From Methanotrichaceae archaeon (GTDB lineage: Archaea; Halobacteriota; Methanosarcinia; Methanotrichales; Methanotrichaceae): a stretch of 58,590 nt of DNA. Below the pieces are notes generated by a model, which had not been told where the DNA came from, made no database searches, and saw nothing but the letters and a program-made list of their open reading frames with translations. The stretch is taken from assembly GCA_963813075.1 (NCBI GenBank), contig CAWEXU010000027.1, forward strand, positions 1 through 58,590, in the 5' to 3' direction. A program made the position numbers and the translations under genes. Below are positions 1-10,197 of this stretch, in pieces (the first letter of the stretch is position 1; each line of letters begins with the position of its first letter).

Positions 1-2802
1 GAATGCTTGTGGAGGGATAGCATCTGATCCACCAGGGAGACCATACGTGTTTTGTAGGTGATATCAATCATTTCTGGAAATGGTAACGCCTTTAGATCCT
101 TTATGGTCACCTGTGGAAAATCGTCTTTGGTAGCTTGTGTCACTTGGTTAACATACAGATAGGAAATCAAACGACTATTCAGTACTCCCAATATAGCCAT
201 AATGGGAAGACCGTTATCTTTAGGCAAGACACTATAAAGATTCTTGTTGGTGATAAATGTGTCTGAGGCAAAGGTTGCCATAAGTCTCTGACGACGGTTT
301 ACCAATCGACGTAAAAGAATCCTTGGCCCATCAAACCAGATAAATTCTTTGGGACGTTCTTTCATCTGGTCACCAAATTCGATCCAATTATTTGTGACAA
401 GATTGAGTTGGTATCTAAAGACGTCACCTTCAAAGTATCTGTGACTATTGGTGGAGATGCACGTCTTGGTAAGCAAGCTCTTGTCAAACAGAACTCCACG
501 CTTGATGTTTGCCATATCTCCGAAAATAGAAGAACATCGCAGGCGGATTTGTTCAAGTAGTTTTATGGTCTCTGGCTCAAGTACAAACTTCTTGCTTTCA
601 GTTCTTCTCCAAAGGTCTTGGCTAACAGATTTGTAATCTTGCTCATTAAGAGTAATACTTGTTAGTTTTTCTTTCTTCCCGTAGATGTAAGTTAGCACTT
701 GATGATCGTTTAGGGTATCTGATTTAGAAACTACGAAAATGACGGTATCTATGTACACATCTGCAAAGACATCGAATGGCAAAAGCACTATGGTGTCAAT
801 GCTATAAGACAATAAATACCGTCGAATGCATTCGTAATCCGGTCCACCTAGCCAAGCCGATGGGACAATGAAAGAGAACTCACCGTCTTTTTTTAATAGT
901 GTCAGTCCAGCTTCCATGAAGCAATTATAAACATCTTTTACCCCACGAAATACACGATACCGTTTTCGGAAGTAAGCTGCTTCAGCTTCACCAAACGAAG
1001 CACCATAAGGCGGATTCCCTATCATCACATGAAGCCGCCTCTGCTCAAAACCTCCGGATACTCCGCTCTCCCAGTCAAACGGATTGATCCTCTCGATCTC
1101 CTTCCTGCTCAAGACTCGGATTGTCCTCCAGGATGTCCCAGCCGATCAACGAATTACCGCATTTGATGTTCCGGCTCAGGTCCGGCAGCGCCCTTTCAGA
1201 GAAGAGCGTGAGCTGCTTGGAGATCGTCTCCTCGTTCTCCCCCTCCAGCACCTTCAAGAGAAGCGAGAGCTTGGTCACCTCCACCGCCTGGCGGTCGATG
1301 TCCACTCCATAGATGCTGTTCAAGAGAATCCTCTTTCTCTCCGCCGTGGTCAGCCTCCACTCCCCGCCCCGGCCCTGAAAGATGGGCAGCTCCGGCTCCC
1401 GATCCTTCTTCCTGCCCTTGCTCGCCCCCTCATTGGCCGGCAGCATATGCCTTATCTGGACAGACGATGGCCTCAGGCCGCTCTGCAGCATAGGGACGAG
1501 ATTTTGCACATACCACTCTCTATGCCAGTCCAGCAGATGCTGATAGGCCACAATCAGAAATGAGCCCGAGCCGCAGGCTGGATCAAGAACGCTTATCTTC
1601 GTTGCATCCGACGGCGTCTTCTCTTCCAATGTGGGCCCCAGGGTGTTCTTCACAATATAGTCCACGATGTAGGCCGGGGTGTACTTGACCCCGCCCGCCT
1701 TTTTCACCTCCGGCTTGTCCTCCACCACCGCCCGGTGGCCGTCGGTGAGGCGAATGACCTTTCCTAAAAATTGCTCATAGACCTGGCCTAAGATCTCCGC
1801 CGGCAGGACTGAGAACTCATAGGGGCTGTCCGGATAGTAGAGCCGCCGGATGATGTCTTTTAGAGGCTTGTCATCGATCGTGAGCCCCAGGCTGAGAGTG
1901 TCCGGATTCTCCCTGCCCGGTTCCCTCTCGAAATGGAATATGCCGGAGTTGTAGCGCTCGTCCGCCCGACGGAACAGCTCAGAGAGCCTGGGGTAGACCC
2001 TCTCCCCCTGGAGTAGGTCCTCCATCTTCATCAGCCTCTCGATTCCCCGGTCCTCGCATATCCTGAGGAAGACTATGCGGTTGACCGTCGCCTGAACGGC
2101 ATAGTTGAGGTCACTGGTGTCAAGCTCCGGGTTTCGCAGGGCGATATTCCTGGCCAGGATCTCCCTCCAGCCGGCGATCTCCTCCAGGAAGGCAGAATCC
2201 ACCTGGGCCGTGCCTCTCTTGCCCCTCTTATCTTGAGCATACTTGTCAAAAGAGCCCTTGAGGATGGCGTTCTTGGAGAATATCGCCTCGATCTCGTCCC
2301 ACTGCTCCAGATAATCCTTGTAGGTCAGATAGAGTATCCGCCCTTTGGAGGGCTTATCGCTCTTGTCCGGCTTTATGGTGCAGTCGTAGACCGAGAACTC
2401 CTCGAAGTCGGTGAGGATGGACAGGGGCAGCTTTGCCGTCCAGGCATACCGCCGCAGCTGGAAGGCGGGGTGGATGTCCTCTTTGATGTCCACCGAGGGC
2501 TTCTTGGTCTCCAAAAAGAACTTGCGCTGGCCGCCGATGCGAAAAGAGTAGTCCGGAGCCCTGGTGGTGCCGCCCACCTTGATGGCGTCCTCATGAATCA
2601 CATCCTTGTAGGCCTCGGCAAATCCCTGCTCGTTATCGATATCCCAGCCCAGGGCCTTGAAGAGAGGATCGACAAACTCCCGTCGCACCTGGGTCTCATT
2701 GTAGTGCCCTGATTTGTAGGCCTCCCGATTGCTCTTGAACCTCTCCACAAGCTCTACGATCTCTTTGGGTGCCGGCAAATCAGTCTCCCTCGGATGCAAC
2801 AA
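1..2802 (-). CDS. Type IIG (Eco57I/TaqI-like) fused restriction endonuclease-N6 adenine methyltransferase; frameshift near 1105; runs off the window start
   Basis: N-terminal PD-(D/E)xK-like motif (RAPDYSF...FFLETKKP) and MTase motif I VLDPACGSGSFL. Another frame continues EIERINPFDWE...MIGNPPYG (motif IV, ~1005-1020) and stays open to base 1 through a TaqI-C-like specificity region (RILLRRLV...LGVLNSRLISYLY...FPQVTIKDLKALPF). Confidence 0.9.
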
Positions 2803-3089
2803 CTACCTCACCCACAAAAAACCTTTTGGTTGAACATCCGAACATGCAGAGCATCGCCAGATCCATGCCGCGTATGCTTCCACTAGCCTGCCTTTCTGTG
2901 CAGAACGCCTGTCGCTTTCACTCGCTAAATCAAAATCAGTTAGCACCACAACCTTCGTCTCCGGCTGCACTACATTTGGGAAGAACATCTCAATTGATCG
3001 TTCTCACTTTGTGCTAAATTCACGACTTGTGTCATAAAATCCTTATTTCAGAAAGCATATAAAATCAATACTTGTGGAGAGGAAATCGT

Positions 3090-3542
3090 ATGCAAAAACT
3101 GAATTTTTCTATCGTGATCAATGCCCCAAAGGAAAAGGTGTGGCATGCAATGCTGGATGATAGACCATATCGGGAGTGGACACGTGCCTTCAACCCGGGT
3201 TCATACTACAAAGGAGATTGGAGCCGGGGATCAAAGATGCTTTTCCTTGGACCAGACCCGGAGACCGGTCAGGAAGGCGGCATGGTAAGCCGGATCGCTG
3301 AGAATAGGCCGTATGAGTATATCTCCATCGAACATATCGGCATCATTCAGAACGGCATTGAGGATACAACCAGCGAAGCCGCAAGAAAGTTGGCTCCTGC
3401 ATTTGAAAATTACGCTTTTAAAGAAAAAGATGGAGCAACGGAAGTGCTCGTGGATATGGATGCAGATGACGAATACGCGGAAATGTTCAATAAAATGTGG
3501 CCGGAAGGGCTGCAGAGACTAAAAAAGATAGCAGAAGCATGA
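3090..3542 (+). CDS. SRPBCC/START-like domain protein
   Basis: FSIVINAPKEKVWHAM start and C-terminal MWPEGLQRLKKIAE helix typical of SRPBCC/AHSA1 proteins. Confidence 0.85.
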   Translation: MQKLNFSIVINAPKEKVWHAMLDDRPYREWTRAFNPGSYYKGDWSRGSKMLFLGPDPETGQEGGMVSRIAENRPYEYISIEHIGIIQNGIEDTTSEAARKLAPAFENYAFKEKDGATEVLVDMDADDEYAEMFNKMWPEGLQRLKKIAEA

Positions 3543-3739
3543 ATATGAAATGTAATGCATAGGTTGCTTCCCTGCGGCGCACCTTCCTTTCGCCCTGCTA
3601 TTGGGCGCATTAAAGGGCCCTGATGGGATGCAGCCTGGCCCCTCGTCACGGACGGCGTCCGGCAACCGATTCCCGGTCCGGGCGCAAATACCCGGATCGC
3701 TCCAAGTTCTGTCCTTAATCGAAATTATATCTGCAACCT

Positions 3740-4210
3740 TTAGCTTATAGGGACAGAGATTACGGTGAGGATCTCCTCCGGGGCGACCTCTCTGGGATCG
3801 TTGACATAACCCTCTCTTATCGGTCCGGCGATCTGGTGGTTATTCTCTTGCAGCCAGTCAAAGAGCTTCATATATGTCGATTCGCATTCCTGGTAGGGTC
3901 CCCTGTGAACCGCCCGGGCCATCTTTCCGCCACTAAGCTCATAGCATCTGATCCTATCGTTCTCCGGGATCCTCTCGGCAATGGGAACGCAGACCTCTAT
4001 CTCGGCATTGCCAGCCTCATCCGCTCTCTTTGCCTCCTCAACGCTCTTTTCGTGACATAAATAAAGGGGATGCCCGACAATTATGGCTTTATGGCTCATG
4101 GCATATTCAAAGAGAGTGCCAAGCATTTCTGCGATCTCCCGGTAATGCCCCTTCCGCCTCATCCCTGCAACCAGTTGAGGCTTCTCTTCTATTACGGTAA
4201 TTTCCACCAT
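3740..4210 (-). CDS. GyrI-like small-molecule-binding domain protein
   Basis: GGKMARAVHRGPYQ...YMKLFDWL...GPIREGYVNDP...ILTVISVPI signature. Confidence 0.88.
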   Translation of the reverse strand: MVEITVIEEKPQLVAGMRRKGHYREIAEMLGTLFEYAMSHKAIIVGHPLYLCHEKSVEEAKRADEAGNAEIEVCVPIAERIPENDRIRCYELSGGKMARAVHRGPYQECESTYMKLFDWLQENNHQIAGPIREGYVNDPREVAPEEILTVISVPIS

Positions 4211-4434
4211 GCTATCACGTCCATTCGTCTGATTCCATTTCAGATATACTTTTTCGCACTGTTCTTAACTACCTTTTGGGAATAAGTCATCGAATGTTCG
4301 ATTCTTCAAGCTCGACGGCTGTTCCAGATATTTTGGTGAGGTAGTACAGGCCAACGATCAACCAGGTGGTATACTTGAGAAAACATTCCCATGAAGAAAA
4401 TACAGATCGCTGTTGATCATCGATCGGTGGTATT

Positions 4435-4549
4435 GGCTCTTCGCTAAATTGTGTGGGTAATGTACTGCAGAAAATTTTACTTTGTGCCTTTGTGGTGAGG
4501 CCTAAGCATCCCGATTTCACCAGAGGGACAAATAGGCACAAAGAAGAGA
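4435..4549. repeat. Dispersed ~115-bp MITE/REP-like element, copy 1
   Basis: Colinear similarity to 48843-48964 (GGCTCT..CGCT..ATTGTGTGG..AATGTACTGC.GAAAATTTT..TGTGCCTTTGTGGTGAGG..GGCACAAAGAAGAGA); internal imperfect inverted repeat CTTTGTGCC/GGCACAAAG. Confidence 0.75.
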
Positions 4550-4551
4550 AT

Positions 4552-5982
4552 TCACTCTAATGTCACTGCTATACTCCGCCCATCTATTCCCGCTGGCAGA
4601 TCGTGCCCCATCAGTTGGAGTATGGTAGGAAAGACATCGACCGTTCTGCACCACTTCGAGCCCAGCGGTGCATTGGTGCAGATGGGAACCTCCATATGAG
4701 ATTTATTGAGAGATCCGTGGGAGCTTTTGTGCTCCGGCCACTCGTACCTTTTCCGGAGGTCGAACCCCTCCCGGGCGAAGACCACCAGGTCTCCAGTCCG
4801 ATCAGAGCGGAAGAGCTGCTCCAGCTGGGCAGGAGAGTCAGGATATGAGGTCTGCAGGGAGATCCGGGTCAGATCATCCGCCTTTATCAGCCCACCGTCC
4901 ACGGCAAAACCGAGTGGATTTGCGCCCACAATGTCGATTCTCGCACGACCGTCCTCAAGAAAGTGCATCCGGATCTCCCCCGAGGGACCCCTCACCCCCA
5001 GGATCGAATCCTTGACCCGGTAGGCCAAAAAGTCAATTCCCTGGCAGGATAAGAGCTGATCCAGAAACCTCCTGTTCTTCTCCACATTCATGAACTCGCT
5101 GAAAAATGAGGGTCTCCCTTCCACCGGATCTCTGAAATACACCGATGCCATCGCATTTCCGCTCTCCATGATGGCAACATCCCACTTCCGGGCGAATATC
5201 CGGGGATAGAACACCGGCCTGTGGTGGGTTGTTCTGGATATGTCGGCCAGGGATATGTGGGTGTGAGTTTTTGACAGGCCATGATCGCTCACTATAAAGG
5301 CCAGGGTCTCATTCATCATCTCCTCAGACCAACCGTCGAAGATCTCGCCGATAAGTCGGTCGAGCCTGGCGTACTGTTTGAGCACCTGCTCAGACCTTGG
5401 ATGCTGCAGGTGGGTGATCTCGTCGACCGCCGGAAATACTGCAAATATAAAATCGCAGCCCTGGCCGAGATATTTCTGGACGCACTCCGAGGCCAGGTCG
5501 TCGATCCCCTCCCAGCGATTGGTGCAATGGGCGAAGATGTAGGACCCGACCTTCAGCAGCCTGTTCGTCCTGATCTTCACCCCGTTTCCGCCGTCCAGAG
5601 AACTGAATATGCTCGCAGGACTCTGGAAATAGTCGTATATGGGAAGATATCCGCTCTTGATGTCTGAGGACATGGAAAAGCTCCCCGGACCGACGTAGGA
5701 TCTCTGCCGGAGCCCTTGAAGCCCCCTTATTGCGGTCTTGTCCATCCACCTTATGCCCGGCACGTTTGCGGTTCCGGGATGGATCCCGTACAGGAACGGT
5801 ATGTGAGCCGGACCGGTGGCAGTGGCGATCGAGGAGTAACCCTTCAGGAAAGAGCCCCGAGAGGTCAGGTGGTTTTCAATATTGGGGAGATGACCGGCAT
5901 CGAGCAGATCCCGGAAGACGTCGTACCTCGCGCCATCGAATAGGATTATCAGAGCTCTTGTTGTATCCCAATTCATTCTCAC
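4552..5982 (-). CDS. Alkaline phosphatase superfamily / nucleotide pyrophosphatase-phosphodiesterase
   Basis: IILFDGAR, TATGPAH nucleophile region, DEITH, VSDHG and SHGSL metal-binding motifs. Confidence 0.85.
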   Translation of the reverse strand: MRMNWDTTRALIILFDGARYDVFRDLLDAGHLPNIENHLTSRGSFLKGYSSIATATGPAHIPFLYGIHPGTANVPGIRWMDKTAIRGLQGLRQRSYVGPGSFSMSSDIKSGYLPIYDYFQSPASIFSSLDGGNGVKIRTNRLLKVGSYIFAHCTNRWEGIDDLASECVQKYLGQGCDFIFAVFPAVDEITHLQHPRSEQVLKQYARLDRLIGEIFDGWSEEMMNETLAFIVSDHGLSKTHTHISLADISRTTHHRPVFYPRIFARKWDVAIMESGNAMASVYFRDPVEGRPSFFSEFMNVEKNRRFLDQLLSCQGIDFLAYRVKDSILGVRGPSGEIRMHFLEDGRARIDIVGANPLGFAVDGGLIKADDLTRISLQTSYPDSPAQLEQLFRSDRTGDLVVFAREGFDLRKRYEWPEHKSSHGSLNKSHMEVPICTNAPLGSKWCRTVDVFPTILQLMGHDLPAGIDGRSIAVTLE

Positions 5983-6112
5983 TCCCTCAGATCATAAAAC
6001 CAGTTTTGAATCATCCTCTGCTCAAAAGCGTTGAATCCCATCCTGCTCTTGGCGATATAACTACAAGATGTTTGGCCTTTCAAAGTGCATATCAATTAAT
6101 GCAGTCAAATGA

Positions 6113-6838
6113 TCATTCAGACTTATCCAGCCCCCATCTCTTCCTGAATTCGAGCTTCTGCTCGCTGTTCATCCAGTGGCTGCCGTCGCAGTAGGGCTTG
6201 TTCTCTGACCTTCCGCAGCGGCAGAGGGTCACCCGGTTGCGGGATTCGTACATGCTGCCGTCCGCCGACTGAATAGGAACTCCTCCCCGGACCCACAGCG
6301 GCCCCTCGCAGCCCTTCTGCCGGTCAGCTACCAGCACCAGCGAGGGCTCGTATTCATTCTCAAATGGCCGGCCCGTCCTCTTATCCCACAGGACCAACCT
6401 TCCCGAGGGACAGATCATGGCCTCCTCAATGGCCGTCTGCCTGGCCTCTGGGTCATTCGATTTCTGAATCAGCTCCCGGATGCCGCCGGAGCGCAGACAG
6501 AAGCGGGAGTGATCGCAGAACTCCTGGACATCGGTCAGCCTCAGTTGGGGCCCCTCAAACACCTCCGCCTTTTCCAGATAGGGTTTTCTGCTGACGGTCT
6601 CACTGCCGTCGAATCCTGCCTTCTGGTGGCTGCCGTCACAGAAGGGCTTTCTCTTCGACGATCCGCAGCGACAGAGGCTGTAAGTCTCCGGCAGATCATA
6701 CTTCTTCTCTTCCTTCAGCTCACGGGTGTGGCCTGCCTCATCGGTTACAATCGCCTGCTCATAAAGGGGCAGATTGCCTGTCACCAGATAGGGGCCGTTC
6801 TTGATTATCCTGATCTTCTTCTCCTTCTCTTCCGTCAT
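6113..6838 (-). CDS. CDGSH iron-sulfur domain protein (two CDGSH motifs around a divergent ferredoxin)
   Basis: LCRCGSSKRKPFCDGSH and LCRCGRSENKPYCDGSH; central CDHSRFC...CPSGRL. Confidence 0.92.
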   Translation of the reverse strand: MTEEKEKKIRIIKNGPYLVTGNLPLYEQAIVTDEAGHTRELKEEKKYDLPETYSLCRCGSSKRKPFCDGSHQKAGFDGSETVSRKPYLEKAEVFEGPQLRLTDVQEFCDHSRFCLRSGGIRELIQKSNDPEARQTAIEEAMICPSGRLVLWDKRTGRPFENEYEPSLVLVADRQKGCEGPLWVRGGVPIQSADGSMYESRNRVTLCRCGRSENKPYCDGSHWMNSEQKLEFRKRWGLDKSE

Positions 6839-7110
6839 GCTCTCCACCTGGGCAGCAATGGTAATGGGTTCTCTATCAAAGATCTCTAGTTATTGATCTA
6901 TCCGGTTATTCGCTGCTAATGCATAAATCCTCCTCATGACTTTTGGGCCCGTCCCCTGCCAATGGAGAAATGCTTCTTCAATCGTGATTTGCTTTTGGAA
7001 GCCCAACACTAAACCAACTAAAACCAATATCTCACAACCGATATATAGAAAGACGGCAATGCCAATATTAACATGGATTCATTTCCATTTGATTTATAGG
7101 AGATTTGTTT

Positions 7111-7620
7111 ATGGGAATAAAAGAGAGCTTTACCGATGAGGAATGGAGGGGGCTGGTCAGCCTTCCATATGCCGTCTCAATGGCCATTGTCCTGGCAGCA
7201 CCGTCATTGCTGGGCACATTTCATGAATCAAAGGCGCTGATCACTGAGCCCGCCAGGCTTGCCGCTTCCTCCAGCAGCGACCTGGTTGGCATACTCTCCG
7301 CTGAGGTCCAATCCAGAGGAAAAGAGCTGATCGATGAGCAGAAGGACCTGTTCAAAAAGGGCCAGGATGGCTACAGATCGATGACCATCGAGGCCAGCCG
7401 GTCAGCCGCCTCTGCTCTTTCCAAGGTCTCCCCGAAAGAGGCTGCTGCCTACAAGGAGTGGGTGCTCGCGATAGGGCAAAAGGTTGCAGAGGCTGCAAAA
7501 GAGAAGGGCGTGGCAGTCAGCGAACCGGAAAAAGCGCTCCTCAAAGAGGTCTCCGCCGCTCTTGGCCTGAGTGCGTCAATACCCCACCGGCTAAAGGATG
7601 GGGCTTGTAGCTATGGTTAG
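7111..7620 (+). CDS. Hypothetical helical protein; native stop codon displaced by the IS605-family insertion
   Basis: GGAG RBS and coherent ORF. Removing 7575-8441 restores CTG AGT GCA TAA, so the last 14 codons come from the element. Confidence 0.7.
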   Translation: MGIKESFTDEEWRGLVSLPYAVSMAIVLAAPSLLGTFHESKALITEPARLAASSSSDLVGILSAEVQSRGKELIDEQKDLFKKGQDGYRSMTIEASRSAASALSKVSPKEAAAYKEWVLAIGQKVAEAAKEKGVAVSEPEKALLKEVSAALGLSASIPHRLKDGACSYG

Positions 7621-7675
7621 TTACTGCTACGATTGGGCAGCAGCCTGCTAGGTAGCTTACTGAAGGTAGCGACTC
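7575..7675 (-). ncRNA. Putative TnpB omega/reRNA scaffold (3' part); guide would be the flank GCACTCAGGCCAAGAG...
   Basis: Position at the element right end with the subterminal hairpin; follows the established TnpB architecture. 5' boundary uncertain because of the deletion. Confidence 0.55.
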
Positions 7676-8326
7676 TTGAAGCTTTCTTTTAGCTGATCGA
7701 GTGCCTTTGGACTGAAGTTTGGATCTCAAATATTGATATTTGCCTTTCACAGCTTTAACTGGTCCAGATTGCCAGAACGTATTATCGCTACATACTGCTA
7801 TGTTATTGATCCCAAGATCTACGCCGATCCTCTTATCTCCAACAAGTGTTTCTGGATCGGGTTGCTCTACTTGAACATTGAGGTAGCAAGCATTCTTAGT
7901 TATCTTGAGTTGAGCATTCATGACTTTCCATGTAGCGTATTTCTGGTAATAGTCTGCTAACTGGAAGTCATATCGTAGTCTCCCAAAAATGGTTGTGAGC
8001 TTGCAGTATCCCGATTCCAAGAATACCTTCATGGTCCTAACGTCGAATCGAACTGCTCCGAAAGGATGCTTGAAAGGCTTAGTCTCGAATTTGAGCCTCT
8101 TGAGCATGTCGCTGGCTTGATCCCTTGCTGTTTGGATGAGGGCGGAAGGCAATGTAGAATACTTTTCTCGGAGATCTTTGTATGTAGCTTTGTTAAGTCT
8201 GGTCTTGTTGTAATCATGTGCCGCAAAGCCGTAGTCTATGACATCCTGGCAGGCGGCGTTCCAAAGCCGAGCTGTTTGGATGAGTTCATTTGATCGATCT
8301 AGCTTTATTTTGATGGTGCGGTACAT
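7675..8326 (-). pseudogene. tnpB: Truncated TnpB RNA-guided endonuclease
   Basis: MYRTIKIKL start, LPSALIQTARDQA, RuvC-I IGVDLGINNIA, SAKRKLQE; then joins the 3' tail directly, with no RuvC-II Glu segment, zinc finger or RuvC-III. Confidence 0.88.
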
Positions 8327-8564
8327 GTTAATGGGTAGTTAATAATTTTATTAAATTTATAGTTTTTGGTGGTTATGCAAGGGGCACGATTCATCTCCAC
8401 CCTGAAGGGCTGGGGTCTTCTCTACCCCTTGACCCCACGAGATAAAACACAACGATAAAAGGCATGCTGGGTCCCAGAATCATCTGGCATCATCCATAAG
8501 CGGATGCTCTATTTGCCCCGGCCTTTGCAAAGCCTGATGCCTTGCACATCGGACTCTGGCAAAT

Positions 8565-8804
8565 TCATCCCCTCTTTTTTGCCAGCAGCCTTTTGGCTAT
8601 CTTTTCCTCATTCCAGTCCTTGAATGTCCTCCCCTTTATCGCCAGATTCAGGAATATCAATGCAATAAGCCACAGACCCAATCCGATTATGGCCGGGAAC
8701 ACCAGCCAGAACAAGAGAACGATCAGGACAAGCCCAATGATGAAAAGGCCGGCTGCTATTCCGCCGTAAAGCAGCCTTCCGGTGGGATCCAGCTTTCCTG
8801 GCAT
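8565..8804 (-). CDS. Small two-TM membrane protein
   Basis: Long hydrophobic stretch followed by a basic tail. Confidence 0.65.
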   Translation of the reverse strand: MPGKLDPTGRLLYGGIAAGLFIIGLVLIVLLFWLVFPAIIGLGLWLIALIFLNLAIKGRTFKDWNEEKIAKRLLAKKRG

Positions 8805-9019
8805 AATAGGTCAATTGGTCTGTAGACTATTTAAATCGATCAGTCAAGGTTCCTCTCTATCATCCCTGGAGACGCAGCCGATACTTTATTTAAAAAATCT
8901 CAGACGACGATTTATCATCACTGTTACTTAATTGTCCACATCTGTTCAGCTAAATCGTCTATATATTCTTTAAATTGTACATTGTGCTTAGTGTTAGGAG
9001 CATAAAGGAGGAGAAAAAA

Positions 9020-9283
9020 ATGAGGTCAAAATCCAAATCCAGTGAAATGATAACATCTATGGTTTTAAAGACATGTATGAATGGAGCAAAAGGGACGAAG
9101 ATCGTGACCAAGCCCGGCCCATCCTCCCTTAAATTGATATCGTATTTGCTCCTGATCGATGACGGGCTGATTGAGGTGCGATCCAATGGCCCCCGGTCAG
9201 TTCATAAGACCACCAAAAAAGGAATGGAAGCAATAGAGAGGTTCGAGCGGTTCCAGGGCGGCAGGGAGAAGATCCATGCCTGA
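9020..9283 (+). CDS. Winged-helix DNA-binding protein (ArnR1/HTH_45-like)
   Basis: GGAGG RBS; VLKTCMNGAKGTKIV...LLIDDGLIEV...HKTTKKGMEAIE pattern of methanogen wHTH proteins. Confidence 0.75.
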   Translation: MRSKSKSSEMITSMVLKTCMNGAKGTKIVTKPGPSSLKLISYLLLIDDGLIEVRSNGPRSVHKTTKKGMEAIERFERFQGGREKIHA

Positions 9284-9440
9284 GGTGAAGGCTCATCCGC
9301 TGCCCGAGAAAGAGGCGTTTGACTGCCCTTATTTCGAGCAGCGGGCGTCATCTGGCAAGAGGTCCTGGATCAGGCCGGAGGGGCCAAGGCCGCTGAAAAA
9401 GCCCCTGGGCCCGGCAAATCCAGTATCTTTTGCCACCCAT

Positions 9441-9656
9441 CTATCTCCAGATCTGCCACCATCGCTTTTTCTTCTTGATCTCGACCTTCTTTAAGGGTGG
9501 CTGAACTTTCGTCAGATGAATGGAGTCTCGAATCATCTCCTTTGCTCTCGCTCTTTCCTCTTCATCGCTCTTGATCTCATTTTTGCCCAATAGGCAGACG
9601 ACTGAGAGCAGAGATGATGCTGACATAGATAATAGGTGAAAATTCCAGTGTATCAA
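9441..9656 (-). CDS. Hypothetical small protein (start uncertain)
   Basis: Ends in KKKKRWWQIWR, a tail type seen in archaeal small proteins. Confidence 0.4.
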   Translation of the reverse strand: MIHWNFHLLSMSASSLLSVVCLLGKNEIKSDEEERARAKEMIRDSIHLTKVQPPLKKVEIKKKKRWWQIWR

Positions 9657-9870
9657 GCTTTGCCCGTTTATGGCAGGGACTTATTCATAAGAGTTGTGCA
9701 ATCCATTCCCATCATCATTTACAGGGCATAAAAAGGGCCTGCATTTCTCTCCTTCAGAAATCATCATTCAGTCTTTTGTATCTTATTCATACTTTCTATT
9801 ATGTAAAAATGCTTTTATGCTATCAATTTCAGGCAAAAATACTTAAACTTACACGTAGTAGATTTCTGCT

Positions 9871-10095
9871 ATGGCAGGAGTCTTCCCGCAGCGGACCAGG
9901 CAGCGAATGAAGGCAGTTCGTAGCAACCTTGAGGCCATGGAGCTGGAGGCAGCAAAGGAGATCCTGGCGGAGGTATTCAGAATCGACCTGGAGGAGGTGG
10001 AAGAGATGATCTCCAGCCGCCTGCAAGAGGTGCAGGCTGAGGTGAGCCCCGAAGGGAACGGTCTATGGCCGCAGGAGTTCTGGGTGGAGAGCTGA
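9871..10095 (+). CDS. Hypothetical 74-aa protein
   Basis: Host-like codon usage, upstream TATA-like sequence, acidic helical composition. Confidence 0.6.
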   Translation: MAGVFPQRTRQRMKAVRSNLEAMELEAAKEILAEVFRIDLEEVEEMISSRLQEVQAEVSPEGNGLWPQEFWVES

Positions 10096-10197
10096 GGCCG
10101 TATCCAGAAGAGCAATCGTCTGGACAAAAAAATTATAGCTGCCCGCCTCAGCAGAATACGACCGCCCGGAGGGGCATTACCTGACTACGGGATCACA

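Larger units (their letters stand above)
7575..8441 (-). mobile_element. Non-autonomous IS200/IS605 (IS1341-type, tnpB-only) element, 867 bp, internally deleted
   Basis: On the minus strand the left end follows TTTAT (8446-8442) and has hairpin GACCCCAGCCCTTCAGGGTGGAG; the right end is AAGCCCCATCCTTTAGCCGGTGGGGTATTGAC. No target duplication; the empty site restores the host stop codon. Confidence 0.88.

Noticed and set aside
2803..2988. In-frame ORF ending in TAG directly before the R-M gene (pyrrolysine read-through)
   Set aside because: The TAG is part of the RBS region GTGAGGTAG, the upstream peptide has no recognisable features, and no pyl genes are in view.
3565..3705. GC-rich intergenic stretch as SRP or RNase P RNA
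   Set aside because: Too short, and I could not find the SRP helix-8 or RNase P P4 consensus on either strand.
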